IMG/VR virus record: IMGVR_UViG_2724679226_000002 | Location: 1 to 64,000 of that record | Origin: a virus | Taxonomy: Duplodnaviria > Heunggongvirae > Uroviricota > Caudoviricetes | DNA: 64,000 nucleotides | Reading direction: 5' to 3' (one strand) | Shown: in pieces, positions 55,811-64,000 of the stretch | How positions within the stretch are numbered: position 1 is the first letter of the stretch | How the letters are laid out: each line of letters begins with the position of its first letter | Notes under the pieces: generated by a model | What the model saw: the letters and a program-made list of their open reading frames with translations, nothing else | The model's database searches: none | Told to the model about the DNA's origin: nothing | Position numbers and translations under genes: made by a program

Positions 55811-58378
55811 TTGAGCAAGAAAAATAAAACAGTAGTAGATGATACTACATTAGAAAGTGTTGTAAGAGTATTATTTGAGAATATGCCTGCGGCAAAAGGG
55901 GACCTAACAGAGGATATTATAAAAAGAATGCTACAAGATGTCGAAATTGGTGGAGCGTTACAAAAGATTGAGAGAGAAGTAGCAGGAAGAATTTTGTCTG
56001 TAAAAACAGATAATGAAGAATTAAGAGCGATGATTCCAGAAATCGAAGCTCGATTTAATAATGTAAAATTTAATCGATTATTTAGAAATATGCTAGAAGC
56101 TTGTTACTATGGATATGCTGTATTTGAAAAAGTATATAACAAAGAAGATTATAGTCTAGCAAGATTAATTTATGTTCCACATAAATATGTGAAATATACA
56201 AAGGAAAAGAAATGGTATGTTTCTGCAGATAATAAAGAGCTAAAAATAGATAAAGAAACATTTTTGTTAGCTATTCATAGATATAATATAGCAAATAAGA
56301 CAGGAGTTAGTATTTTAGAATCTTGTAAGATAGCTTTTACAGATAAAGAAATGTTTCAAGGGTACTTAAGGAGCATTTCTCAAAGATATGGAAACGTAAT
56401 TACTTTATTTAAATATAACAAAGGAGAAAAAAGGGAAGATGTAAGAAGAAAAGTCGATGATTTACGAAAATATCAGGATAAACTTGTGTTGGCTATTCCT
56501 AGTGATTTTCAAGGAACTTTAAAAGACAATATGCAATTTATCAATTTATCTGATTTGAAGCCAGAAATTTATGCAAATTTACAGGATAAGGAAAGAAAAA
56601 AGATTATTCAAAATTTGCTAGGTGGAACATTATCTATTGATGATGGAAATGGAGTTGGTTCCAGAGCTTTAGGGACAGTGCATGGAGATGGATTGGAAGC
56701 AGTTATAAAAGAAAGATGTGAGTTTATATGTGATTGTTTACAGTCTTTACTGTATTATGACGGATTGTATCATGGATATGATTCTAAGCAGTTTTATTTT
56801 TCTTTAGAATCTTTAGAAGATGAGAATGATGTCATTCAAAAAGAGAAAGAAAAAGAAAATACAAGAGCAGTAAAAATAAAGAATTTTACTGATGTAAGAT
56901 CGTTGGGATATAAAATATCCAAAAGTAAGCTAGCAGAAGCATTGGGATTAGAAGAAGAGGATTTGGAAGAAGTGGAAGAAATTCCTCATTCGTTAGAATT
57001 TGAAAGTAAAAAAAAAGAAAAATTACAGACTCTAGTCGAAAATGTAAGTAATACAGTGGACAAAAGATTGAAAAACAATAAAGAAAAAGAAAATGCTTTT
57101 TCTAAAAAAATGAATATTGCTATGAAAAAATGGTTAAAAAATCCATTAGAGGAAGAATTGGATTTGGATATGGAAATATTAGAAGAAGATTATATTATTA
57201 TGTTCTTACTGGGGTATTTGGACAGTCAGGAAAAAGCATTAGAATTTGAAGAAGAATTAGATCCAATCTCTTTACCATTTACAAAAGCGATTAAGTCTAT
57301 TGTAGAGAGAAATCCAGTAATGTATGACACTATAGAAAAAATAGAGGAAGAAGCAAGAAATAGAATGTTTTGGATAAAAAAATCTACAGAGCTGGAAGCT
57401 ACTAAGAAAGTCTTAACCAGTTTGCAAAAGAATTTAGAAAAAGGTGGAACTTATCATGAATGGAAAAAAGATATTGAAAGTATAGCAGAAAAAGCAGGCT
57501 TAGGAGAAGATGGTTGGTATTCTGAATTGGTATACAGAAATGCTATGAATAATGCTTATGCAGCAGGAAGATATGAAGAACAAATGAATAACATAAAACA
57601 AAGACCATATTTTATGTATAGTGCTATCAATGATGATAGGACAAGTGAAATTTGCAGAAGTTTAGACGGAAAAGTATATCCAGCAGATGATGCAATTTGG
57701 CATGTTATTTATCCACCTAATCATCATAATTGTAGAAGTCAAGTGATTGCATTAAATGAAAAGGAAGTGCAAGGATATGGTTTAGAGATTGAAAAGCCGG
57801 ATAAAGAAATTAAGAAAATGGCTAAAAATATGAAAAATTTTAATACGGCTCCTGTCTCTAATAGGTTGAAAAATTTAGAAGAAAATGTTAAAATAAAAGA
57901 AAAAAAGGTTGTAAAAATAAAGGAAACGATTGGAAAAATTTCTGGAGCTGTAAAAAATTCAGGAGCATTGAATAATGAGAATGACCCTTACGGAGAAAAA
58001 AGAGATGCTCATGCAGAAAGATATTATAAAAGTGTAAGAAACAGAAAAATAAAATTTTATATCAATGCGATTGCTAGGAATACAAAAATGAATAAGAAAG
58101 CAGTAGAAAACATTATTCAACATGTATTTTTTAATGAATATCTGTTGAATGGGAAAATAAAGAAATTTGATCCAAATTATGATATGTCAGAATCATTTAG
58201 AAGATTAAGTACAGGAGTTGATATACAACCTCATGACATAATTTTGTTAAAACATGAAAGATTAGAATATTTCTTAATGAGAAGATATGGGTATGACTAC
58301 GAAACAGCACATAGCATAACTGAAAGAAAATACAACTATAATTTAGCAACAGACATCTTTTTAGAAAAAATAAGATAG
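55811..58378 (+). CDS. portal protein fused to a MuF/SPP1-gp7-like head morphogenesis domain
   Basis: 855 aa with a TTG start after GGAGGGAG. The C-terminal region (WHVIYPPNHHNCRSQV) matches the gp7/MuF PNCRC motif. Confidence 0.75.
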   Translation: MSKKNKTVVDDTTLESVVRVLFENMPAAKGDLTEDIIKRMLQDVEIGGALQKIEREVAGRILSVKTDNEELRAMIPEIEARFNNVKFNRLFRNMLEACYYGYAVFEKVYNKEDYSLARLIYVPHKYVKYTKEKKWYVSADNKELKIDKETFLLAIHRYNIANKTGVSILESCKIAFTDKEMFQGYLRSISQRYGNVITLFKYNKGEKREDVRRKVDDLRKYQDKLVLAIPSDFQGTLKDNMQFINLSDLKPEIYANLQDKERKKIIQNLLGGTLSIDDGNGVGSRALGTVHGDGLEAVIKERCEFICDCLQSLLYYDGLYHGYDSKQFYFSLESLEDENDVIQKEKEKENTRAVKIKNFTDVRSLGYKISKSKLAEALGLEEEDLEEVEEIPHSLEFESKKKEKLQTLVENVSNTVDKRLKNNKEKENAFSKKMNIAMKKWLKNPLEEELDLDMEILEEDYIIMFLLGYLDSQEKALEFEEELDPISLPFTKAIKSIVERNPVMYDTIEKIEEEARNRMFWIKKSTELEATKKVLTSLQKNLEKGGTYHEWKKDIESIAEKAGLGEDGWYSELVYRNAMNNAYAAGRYEEQMNNIKQRPYFMYSAINDDRTSEICRSLDGKVYPADDAIWHVIYPPNHHNCRSQVIALNEKEVQGYGLEIEKPDKEIKKMAKNMKNFNTAPVSNRLKNLEENVKIKEKKVVKIKETIGKISGAVKNSGALNNENDPYGEKRDAHAERYYKSVRNRKIKFYINAIARNTKMNKKAVENIIQHVFFNEYLLNGKIKKFDPNYDMSESFRRLSTGVDIQPHDIILLKHERLEYFLMRRYGYDYETAHSITERKYNYNLATDIFLEKIR

Positions 58379-58387
58379 GAGGGAAAT

Positions 58388-58627
58388 ATGGTAGGTTATA
58401 ATTTAAAAGAAGAAACAATAGACAAAGTAATATACGAATATTTTCCTGAAAAAAGAGGAGAAGCGGGAATATTACTTTATATAAAAAATACAAAAGAGCT
58501 TTTGATAGAAAAAGAAGCTCCAGAAGATAAATTTAGACGTTATGCTTTTCATGCGAGAAAATCCATTTTAAATGATATTGAAGAAAATGGAAAATTCCCT
58601 AAAACTGGAATGGCTGCATGGTACTAG
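58388..58627 (+). CDS. hypothetical protein
   Basis: 79-aa ORF. Confidence 0.45.
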   Translation: MVGYNLKEETIDKVIYEYFPEKRGEAGILLYIKNTKELLIEKEAPEDKFRRYAFHARKSILNDIEENGKFPKTGMAAWY

Positions 58628-58637
58628 GTGATGTATC

Positions 58638-59219
58638 ATGATAGAATTAAAAATAAAAAATGACTTAGCTCTTTATGTCAATAAAGTTTCCGGAAAGGTA
58701 AATACGAAAGAATTAATGGAAGAGATTGCTAATGATATGCAAGCACGTGTCCAATCAAGATTCAGAATGTCAGTGGGACCTGATGGTCATAGATGGTTTC
58801 CAATCGGAATCCGTAAGGGAAAACCCTTGATGAATACCGGGTTATTGTCTAAAAGTATTAGTAGCAAAGCTACTATGACAAAAGCAATTGTCGGTACAAA
58901 CAATAGATATGCTAGATTGCATAACTATGGTGGAGTGATACGAGCAAAAAGTGCAGGAGCATTGACAATTCCCATTAGTCCTAAGTCATATGGAAAAAGT
59001 GCTAGAAGATTTAGAAGTGCTTTTTTAGTAAGAACACCCGGAGCAACTTTTATAGCAAGAGAGGTAGGAAGAGGAAAAAAGAGACAACTAGAATTTCTAT
59101 ATGTATTAAAACAATCTGCAAAGATTAAAGCCAGACCTTTCTTAGGTATCAATACCGCAATGCAAGAAAGGTACAGACGAATTGCAGAAGAATTTTATAG
59201 AAAAGCTTGGAAAAAGTAA
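58638..59219 (+). CDS. phage virion morphogenesis family protein
   Basis: MNTGLLSKSIS...ARLHNYGGVIRAK...RPFLG. Confidence 0.55.
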   Translation: MIELKIKNDLALYVNKVSGKVNTKELMEEIANDMQARVQSRFRMSVGPDGHRWFPIGIRKGKPLMNTGLLSKSISSKATMTKAIVGTNNRYARLHNYGGVIRAKSAGALTIPISPKSYGKSARRFRSAFLVRTPGATFIAREVGRGKKRQLEFLYVLKQSAKIKARPFLGINTAMQERYRRIAEEFYRKAWKK

Positions 59220-59228
59220 AAAAATAAG

Positions 59229-59440
59229 TTGATTTTTTGTAAGAAAAAATGTATACTTCAAGTAAGAAGAAATTCTTCCCTTGACTATCGAGGTTGGGGA
59301 TAGGACTTACTAGGAAGACAGTAGGGACCCATATGGGGGCAGGAATAATACCATATTCTCGCTGATGAAGAACAGCTAAAAAATCTTTCAGTCTTCAAAA
59401 ATAAAAATTAGCCTGTTATGATATTTAACAGGCTTTTTTC
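59229..59440 (+). ncRNA. candidate small RNA or structured leader
   Basis: TTGATT, a 17-bp spacer, TATACT, then about 150 nt of GC-richer transcript (GGTTGGGGATAGGACTTACTAGGAAGACAGTAGGGACCCATATGGGGGCAGG). It ends in the terminator at 59411-59440. Confidence 0.3.
59411..59440 (+). terminator. rho-independent terminator
   Basis: Stem GCCTGTTA/TAACAGGC followed by T6. Confidence 0.7.
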
Positions 59441-59454
59441 TTAGAGGAGAAAAT

Positions 59455-60033
59455 ATGACAATTGATTATAAAACTAGGAATAAAAAAGTCTCTATTAGTC
59501 AAGTGAACTTCTATGATATTTTTCAATTTTATAAAAAAGAGATAATTCCATATAAATTTACATATTTTTTATCAAATGGAAGTATTATTGACTTAGAATT
59601 TGAGGAAAGTAATTTTTCTCATCTAATAGGGGTTCATAAACTTTATAAAGCGAAAAAACCATTAGAGATCATAAATGAAATACTAAATAAAAAAATTACA
59701 ATAGGAAACGTTAAAAAAATTTATGGAGAAATAAAACCTGAATTAAAAGATCGTTTTATGTATTTTCCTTGTTTGTACCACATATTGCTTAATTCTGCCG
59801 AAATTTTAATATTTGATTCTAAAAAATGTATGCCTACTAAATTAAAAGCGTCTTTTCTTCTAATTGCTGGAGATATAGCTGTAACTGTATATGTTGCTAT
59901 TAAGAATATTGATGAAAATAGTGGAACAATACGTTGTGTTGGAGTAAGCTTTATTGTAGATAGAGTAGATAAATATCAAAAAGAAAAACAAGACAAATTA
60001 GAAATAATAAATATACAAATGCAACAGAGATAG
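59455..60033 (+). CDS. hypothetical protein (moron)
   Basis: 192-aa ORF preceded by AGAGGAG and followed by a terminator at 60022-60058. Confidence 0.5.
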   Translation: MTIDYKTRNKKVSISQVNFYDIFQFYKKEIIPYKFTYFLSNGSIIDLEFEESNFSHLIGVHKLYKAKKPLEIINEILNKKITIGNVKKIYGEIKPELKDRFMYFPCLYHILLNSAEILIFDSKKCMPTKLKASFLLIAGDIAVTVYVAIKNIDENSGTIRCVGVSFIVDRVDKYQKEKQDKLEIINIQMQQR

Positions 60034-60147
60034 AAAATTCATCTCTGTTTTTTTTTATTATATTTTATATAAAACTGTCGAAAGTTTGACAAATAAAGAA
60101 AAATATAGTACAAATAGATTGTAATCAAAATTATTGGAGGCTTATAA

Positions 60148-61608
60148 ATGGTATTTTATATTGTAATTGTTATATTGTTAGTTATAGCTGTTGTCGGTTG
60201 GACATCTGGAAGTGGTTTTCAAAGAGAAAACTTGATTTTAAAACAAGAAAAAGATATTTTAGAAAAAGAGAATCAGAATTTAAAAAATAAATACAATGAT
60301 TTTTATTCTAAGGTAGAAAAAGAATATAAACAAATTATGGATATGGATCAGGCAGTACAAGAAAAAGAAAATAAAAAAAACGAAATAGAAAAAGAAATTT
60401 TAAAATTAAAATCTGAAAACGAAACAGAAAAAGAACGTGCATTAAAGATTTTAGATAAAAAAAGAGAACTAGAGAAAGAAATTGAAATACTAGAGGAAAA
60501 ACAAGATTTACAAGAATTTAGTTTTTATGAACCAAAATATTATTATGAAAGTTCCGCTCATTATAAAGCTATGATTGAAAGAGTAAACAATGAGATGAAA
60601 TGGATGATTAAAGACAAAAAAGCTGCAACTTGTTCTGTTAGCTGGGAAGTTGGCGGAGATAAAAAGAAAGGTCAAAAAATGATTGATGATAATTTGAAAT
60701 TGATGTTGCGAGCTTTTAATGGAGAAGCGGATGCAGCAATAGCAAAAGTAAAATTTAATAATGTTCATGTAATGGAAAAAAGAATCAATAAAGCTTATGA
60801 AACAATCAATAAATTAAACGAAACAAATATGTGTATTATTTCAGGAGATTATTTAAGATTAAAACTACAAGAATTATATATGAATTATGAAATGGCACAA
60901 AAAGAACAAGAAGAAAAAGAAGAGCAACGAGCTATTCGTGAACAAATAAAAGAGGAAGAAAGAGCACAAAGAGAATTTGAAAAAGCACAGGTAGAGGCTC
61001 AAAAAGAAGAAGAGAGAGCTCAAAAAGCATTAGAACAAGCACAACAAAAGTTACAAGAAGCTCATGGAGCAGCTTTAGATAAGTTAAATGCTAAAATAGA
61101 ATTATTAAAAGCACAGTTAGAAGAAGCAAGCCACAACAAAGAAAGAGCAATGTCTATGGCACAACAAACAAAGTCTGGACATGTTTATGTTATTTCTAAC
61201 ATAGGTTCTTTTGGAGAGAATGTTTATAAGATAGGAATGACAAGAAGATTGGATCCAATGGATAGGGTTCGGGAATTGGGAGATGCCTCTGTTCCATTTA
61301 ATTTTGATGTACATGCTATGATTTATTCTAAAAATGCACCAGAATTAGAAAATGCTTTACATAAGAAATTTTATGATAATAGAGTAAATAAAATAAACGA
61401 CAGAAGAGAATTTTTCCGAGTGAACTTAGATGAAGTGGAGAAAGTTGTTAAAGAGTATAATGCAGAAATCGAATTCACTAAGATAGCAAAAGCAGAGCAA
61501 TATAGAGAAACATTGGCAATGGAACAAAATCAAAAAACGAAATCAGAAATACAGGAAGAAGAGCAAGAAAAAGAAAGAAAAGAAGAAGAGTTAATTTTAA
61601 ATATTTAA
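60148..61608 (+). CDS. DUF4041/T5orf172 (GIY-YIG-superfamily-like) domain protein with an N-terminal TM helix and a coiled coil
   Basis: The N-terminal transmembrane helix reads VFYIVIVILLVIAVVGW. A long coiled coil follows. The C-terminus (GHVYVISNIGSFGENVYKIGMTRRLDPMDRVRELGDASVPFNFDVHAMIY) matches the T5orf172/MUG113 motif. Confidence 0.6.
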   Translation: MVFYIVIVILLVIAVVGWTSGSGFQRENLILKQEKDILEKENQNLKNKYNDFYSKVEKEYKQIMDMDQAVQEKENKKNEIEKEILKLKSENETEKERALKILDKKRELEKEIEILEEKQDLQEFSFYEPKYYYESSAHYKAMIERVNNEMKWMIKDKKAATCSVSWEVGGDKKKGQKMIDDNLKLMLRAFNGEADAAIAKVKFNNVHVMEKRINKAYETINKLNETNMCIISGDYLRLKLQELYMNYEMAQKEQEEKEEQRAIREQIKEEERAQREFEKAQVEAQKEEERAQKALEQAQQKLQEAHGAALDKLNAKIELLKAQLEEASHNKERAMSMAQQTKSGHVYVISNIGSFGENVYKIGMTRRLDPMDRVRELGDASVPFNFDVHAMIYSKNAPELENALHKKFYDNRVNKINDRREFFRVNLDEVEKVVKEYNAEIEFTKIAKAEQYRETLAMEQNQKTKSEIQEEEQEKERKEEELILNI

Positions 61609-61621
61609 GGAGGATAAAAAA

Positions 61622-62083
61622 ATGAAAAAGTGGTTATTATGGTTTTTAGTTGTTTTATGTGTATTTATGGTTGGGTGTACAAATGTTAGACCTCATAATG
61701 AAATTATGAAATCATCTAGCTTTGTAGATGTTGAGGTGAATGAAATAATATTTAATGGAATCGGAATAAAAATCACTAATAAAACAGATGATTTTGTTGA
61801 AATTGTTTGGGATAGTTCAAATTTAAATGATTATCCATTATCTTTTGGAAATAATCTTGTTACTAAGGCTTTGGAAAAGAAACCTAATACTTCAATAGAA
61901 CCTAACGGAATTTTTAAAAAAGAAATGTACATTCCGGAGAAAATAAAAATGCCTGCAAAGTTACTTTTGAAATTAAAGAAAAAAAATGTTGAAGAATATG
62001 TTTCCATTATGTTGGAAGATAGAGGAGAAAAGATAGAAAGAAAATATAATATGTGGACAGGAGAATGGGAAAGTGGAAAATAA
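61622..62083 (+). CDS. lipoprotein
   Basis: A signal peptide with a lipobox (LVVLCVFMVGC). Confidence 0.6.
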   Translation: MKKWLLWFLVVLCVFMVGCTNVRPHNEIMKSSSFVDVEVNEIIFNGIGIKITNKTDDFVEIVWDSSNLNDYPLSFGNNLVTKALEKKPNTSIEPNGIFKKEMYIPEKIKMPAKLLLKLKKKNVEEYVSIMLEDRGEKIERKYNMWTGEWESGK

Positions 62084-62088
62084 ATTAA

Positions 62089-62113
62089 AGAGAGCCTTTA
62101 GGCTCTTTTTTTA
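62089..62113 (+). terminator. rho-independent terminator
   Basis: Stem AGAGCC/GGCTCT with loop TTTA, followed by T7. Confidence 0.7.
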
Positions 62114-62177
62114 TATTTAAATATAGATTGACATTTTACAACAAATAAAGTAATATATATTCAAAGGAGGGGTATAG

Positions 62178-62309
62178 ATGGAAGAAAAAACGATAAATTT
62201 TAAAATTGATTCTGAACTTTACAAAGAAATTAAAATAAAAATAGCAAAGGAGGGAAAAACAATTAAACAATATTTAACTGATTTAATAAAAAAAGACATG
62301 AAAAAATAA
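62178..62309 (+). CDS. ribbon-helix-helix (CopG/Arc-like) small protein
   Basis: 43 aa reading MEEKTINFKIDSELYKEIKIKIAKEGKTIKQYLTDLIKKDMKK. A TTGACA-type promoter lies upstream. Not in the ORF track. Confidence 0.5.
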   Translation: MEEKTINFKIDSELYKEIKIKIAKEGKTIKQYLTDLIKKDMKK

Positions 62310-62506
62310 ATAAAATCCCCTCTTCTATATTTTTCAATACAAAAAAGGGGAAGAAGTATGAGTATACTCACACTATAGCAAATGTATTATACCACCTTTT
62401 TCCTTTTTTTTAAAGTAAATTGTAGGCAATGTTTTTATTTTCAATTGAAAATGAAAACTGTATTGAACTACTCTTTACAACAAAATGTAAAAAAGGAGGC
62501 ATTTAT

Positions 62507-62629
62507 ATGAAAATGCAAAAATGTAAAAACGGGTTATGGAAATGTACTTTTAAAAACTTAGAGTTCTATACATCTACCATGAGTGGAGCAATAGAAATCG
62601 CATGGAGAATGAGTGGTGGTAGGGTATGA
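62507..62629 (+). CDS. conserved small protein, copy 3 of 3
   Basis: MKMQKCKNGLWKCTFKNLEFYTSTMSGAIEIAWRMSGGRV. The ATG follows AGGAGG. ATGA overlap with the Rha gene. Confidence 0.45.
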   Translation: MKMQKCKNGLWKCTFKNLEFYTSTMSGAIEIAWRMSGGRV

Positions 62630-63159
62630 CATACAAGCCAGAACTAATAAAGAAAAATAATGTCTATGTAGTAAATAGCAGAATAGTAGCTAAAGAATTA
62701 GGAAAAGAACATAATCGAGTATTAAAAGATATTGATAAGATTTTAGAAAAGTCAGATTTGACTTCTCTAATAATACCAAGCACTTATAGAGTGCCTAACC
62801 AAAGAAGAAGCTATAAAGAATATCTTTTAACGAAAGACTGCTTCATTCTGTATATGTTCAACATTCAAGGATATAATGATTTTAAAATAGCATATATCAG
62901 AGAGTTTAACAGAATGGAGAATCTCTTAAAACAACAAACATTACCACTAGAAAATAAAGTAAGAATTGAAGACATGACCTTTGAACAAACTATGAGAACA
63001 GTCAAAGGTATTATGAACAATTTAAAATCTAGGTTAGTCCATGAACGTGATATTTTAAATATGCAAATATCTGAATTAGACAAGACAGGACTAACAGATA
63101 ATATTTATACTGTAAAAGCAAAAGGAAAAACTTATACAGTACAGGATTTAGGTGATTAA
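62626..63159 (+). CDS. phage regulatory protein Rha family
   Basis: VVNSRIVAKELGKEHNRVLKDIDKILE. Confidence 0.75.
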   Translation: MTYKPELIKKNNVYVVNSRIVAKELGKEHNRVLKDIDKILEKSDLTSLIIPSTYRVPNQRRSYKEYLLTKDCFILYMFNIQGYNDFKIAYIREFNRMENLLKQQTLPLENKVRIEDMTFEQTMRTVKGIMNNLKSRLVHERDILNMQISELDKTGLTDNIYTVKAKGKTYTVQDLGD

Positions 63160-63526
63160 CATGGCAGCAAAATTTCGATATATGTTTATAAGAGATTGTG
63201 ATAGATATAATTATAAAAAATGTATCTATCGAGATACCCCGCTTGGATTTTATTGTATTAAATCTTCTATAAGCCAAGTTATGCTAAAAAAAGATCGTGT
63301 AGATAGTGAAATTTTTGAAATGATATTTCCTAATGTAGACGGATTTGAAATGAAGAAAATATATCCAGGCGATTCAAGAAAGTTACTAGCTCTTTTAGCA
63401 GAATACAAAGAAGAATTATACAAAATAGATTTTTTAGCAGAAAAAAAGGATTTTTTTGTAAAATTTGAAACAATGTTGGAAAAATCTATTGAATTAAAAA
63501 AGCCAATTATTATTGGAGTAAAATAA
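63152..63526 (+). CDS. hypothetical protein
   Basis: 124-aa ORF. Confidence 0.45.
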   Translation: MINMAAKFRYMFIRDCDRYNYKKCIYRDTPLGFYCIKSSISQVMLKKDRVDSEIFEMIFPNVDGFEMKKIYPGDSRKLLALLAEYKEELYKIDFLAEKKDFFVKFETMLEKSIELKKPIIIGVK

Positions 63527-63565
63527 GATAAACAGGACATTGGGAATTGAATAAGGAGTAAAATT

Positions 63566-63754
63566 ATGAAAGAAGAAAGATTACAAAGAACAATCACTAT
63601 CAATTCTTCCTTAGATACTGCAATTATAGAAATTGCAGATGAAAATGATAGGAAATATACTTTTGTACTAGAAGCATTAGTATATGAAGCTTTACAAGGT
63701 AAAACGGATATAGGGAAGATATTGAACAATTATGAACAGTATAAGAAGTTATAG
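63566..63754 (+). CDS. hypothetical small protein
   Basis: 62-aa ORF. Confidence 0.4.
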   Translation: MKEERLQRTITINSSLDTAIIEIADENDRKYTFVLEALVYEALQGKTDIGKILNNYEQYKKL

Positions 63755-63804
63755 AAAAACATTTATAAGAGGGAGAAATTCCCTCTTTTTTTATAAAAAA
63801 CACT

Positions 63805-63833
63805 TGACTACGTATATAATACGTGTTATAATA
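63805..63833 (+). promoter_or_regulatory. promoter with an ATACGTAT-type operator
   Basis: TTGACTACGTATATAATACGTGTTATAAT. Confidence 0.45.
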
Positions 63834-63849
63834 ATTATGAGGTGGTTAC

Positions 63850-64000
63850 ATGAGCTCAAAAGACCTCATAAAGCTACTCAAGCAAGACGGTTGGTATCTT
63901 GACAGGATTAAAGGCAGTCATCATCATTTCAAGCACCCTAGCAAGAAAGGATTGGTAACTGTTCCACATCCTAGAAAAGATTTACCTCAAAAGACCGTTG
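63850..64000 (+). CDS. hicA: HicA-family toxin, cut at its 3' end by the window
   Basis: MSSKDLIKLLKQDGWYLDRIKGSHHHFKHP...PHPRKDLPQKTV. Confidence 0.75.
   Translation, partial: MSSKDLIKLLKQDGWYLDRIKGSHHHFKHPSKKGLVTVPHPRKDLPQKTV

Noticed and set aside
59229-59440. A known riboswitch class (c-di-GMP, preQ1, SAM, TPP, T-box) in the leader
   Set aside because: I could not recognise any of the conserved core sequences of these classes. Left as an unclassified leader or sRNA.
1-64000. Integrase or attachment site at the tRNA-Ser
   Set aside because: No ORF has a tyrosine recombinase (R..H..R..Y) or serine recombinase signature. Phage genes continue on both sides of the tRNA, so the tRNA is more likely phage-encoded than an integration target.

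Overview
AT-rich window that reads as a mosaic temperate-phage or prophage region from a low-GC host. The codon usage and AGGAGG-type ribosome-binding sites look Firmicutes- or Fusobacteria-like. Everything here is read from sequence and motif memory alone, with no database search. Layout:
- 1-4343 (+): a collagen-like tail fibre cut by the window start, then an Amidase_3 endolysin and holins.
- 4376-5293: a promoter, three 52-nt tandem repeats, a terminator and a toxin-sized gene, which is the architecture of a type III toxin-antitoxin module.
- 5479-15080 (-): a leftward block with Rha, hicAB, a metallopeptidase-like gene, a dimeric-dUTPase-like gene, a sigma-like and an XRE regulator, an SPFH protein, a primase-helicase and two replication-initiator-like genes, with iterons inside the initiator-like gene and in the region upstream.
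- 15081-16624: a 1.5-kb gap with no ORF. It holds origin-like repeats, a GC-richer stem-dense segment that is a candidate large structured RNA, and a confident tRNA-Ser(GCU) on the minus strand.
- 16625-21341 (-): an HTH gene, a PIN gene, a STAS-like gene and a GHKL ATPase gene that form a candidate partner-switching cassette, then an ImmR-like gene, an ImmA-like gene carrying a nonsense codon, and a LexA/CI-type S24 repressor.
- 21720 onward (+): a rightward early operon with a DEDDh exonuclease, YqaJ exonuclease, RecT, SSB, antirepressors, an HNH/DUF968-like protein, YopX paralogs, two N6-adenine methyltransferases, an IbrA/IbrB-like pair and an SNF2 helicase. The same strand also carries duplicated ParB-like genes that bracket a 7-deazaguanine-type cassette (DpdA-like, an unknown gene, and a YhhQ transporter), then RusA, the terminase small and large subunits, a portal-MuF fusion and a virion morphogenesis gene.
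- 59455-62083: a cluster of accessory morons (an unknown 192-aa protein, a DUF4041/T5orf172 protein, a lipoprotein).
- 62178-end: a ribbon-helix-helix gene, Rha and a truncated hicA.
No integrase, capsid or tail-tube genes lie inside the window.
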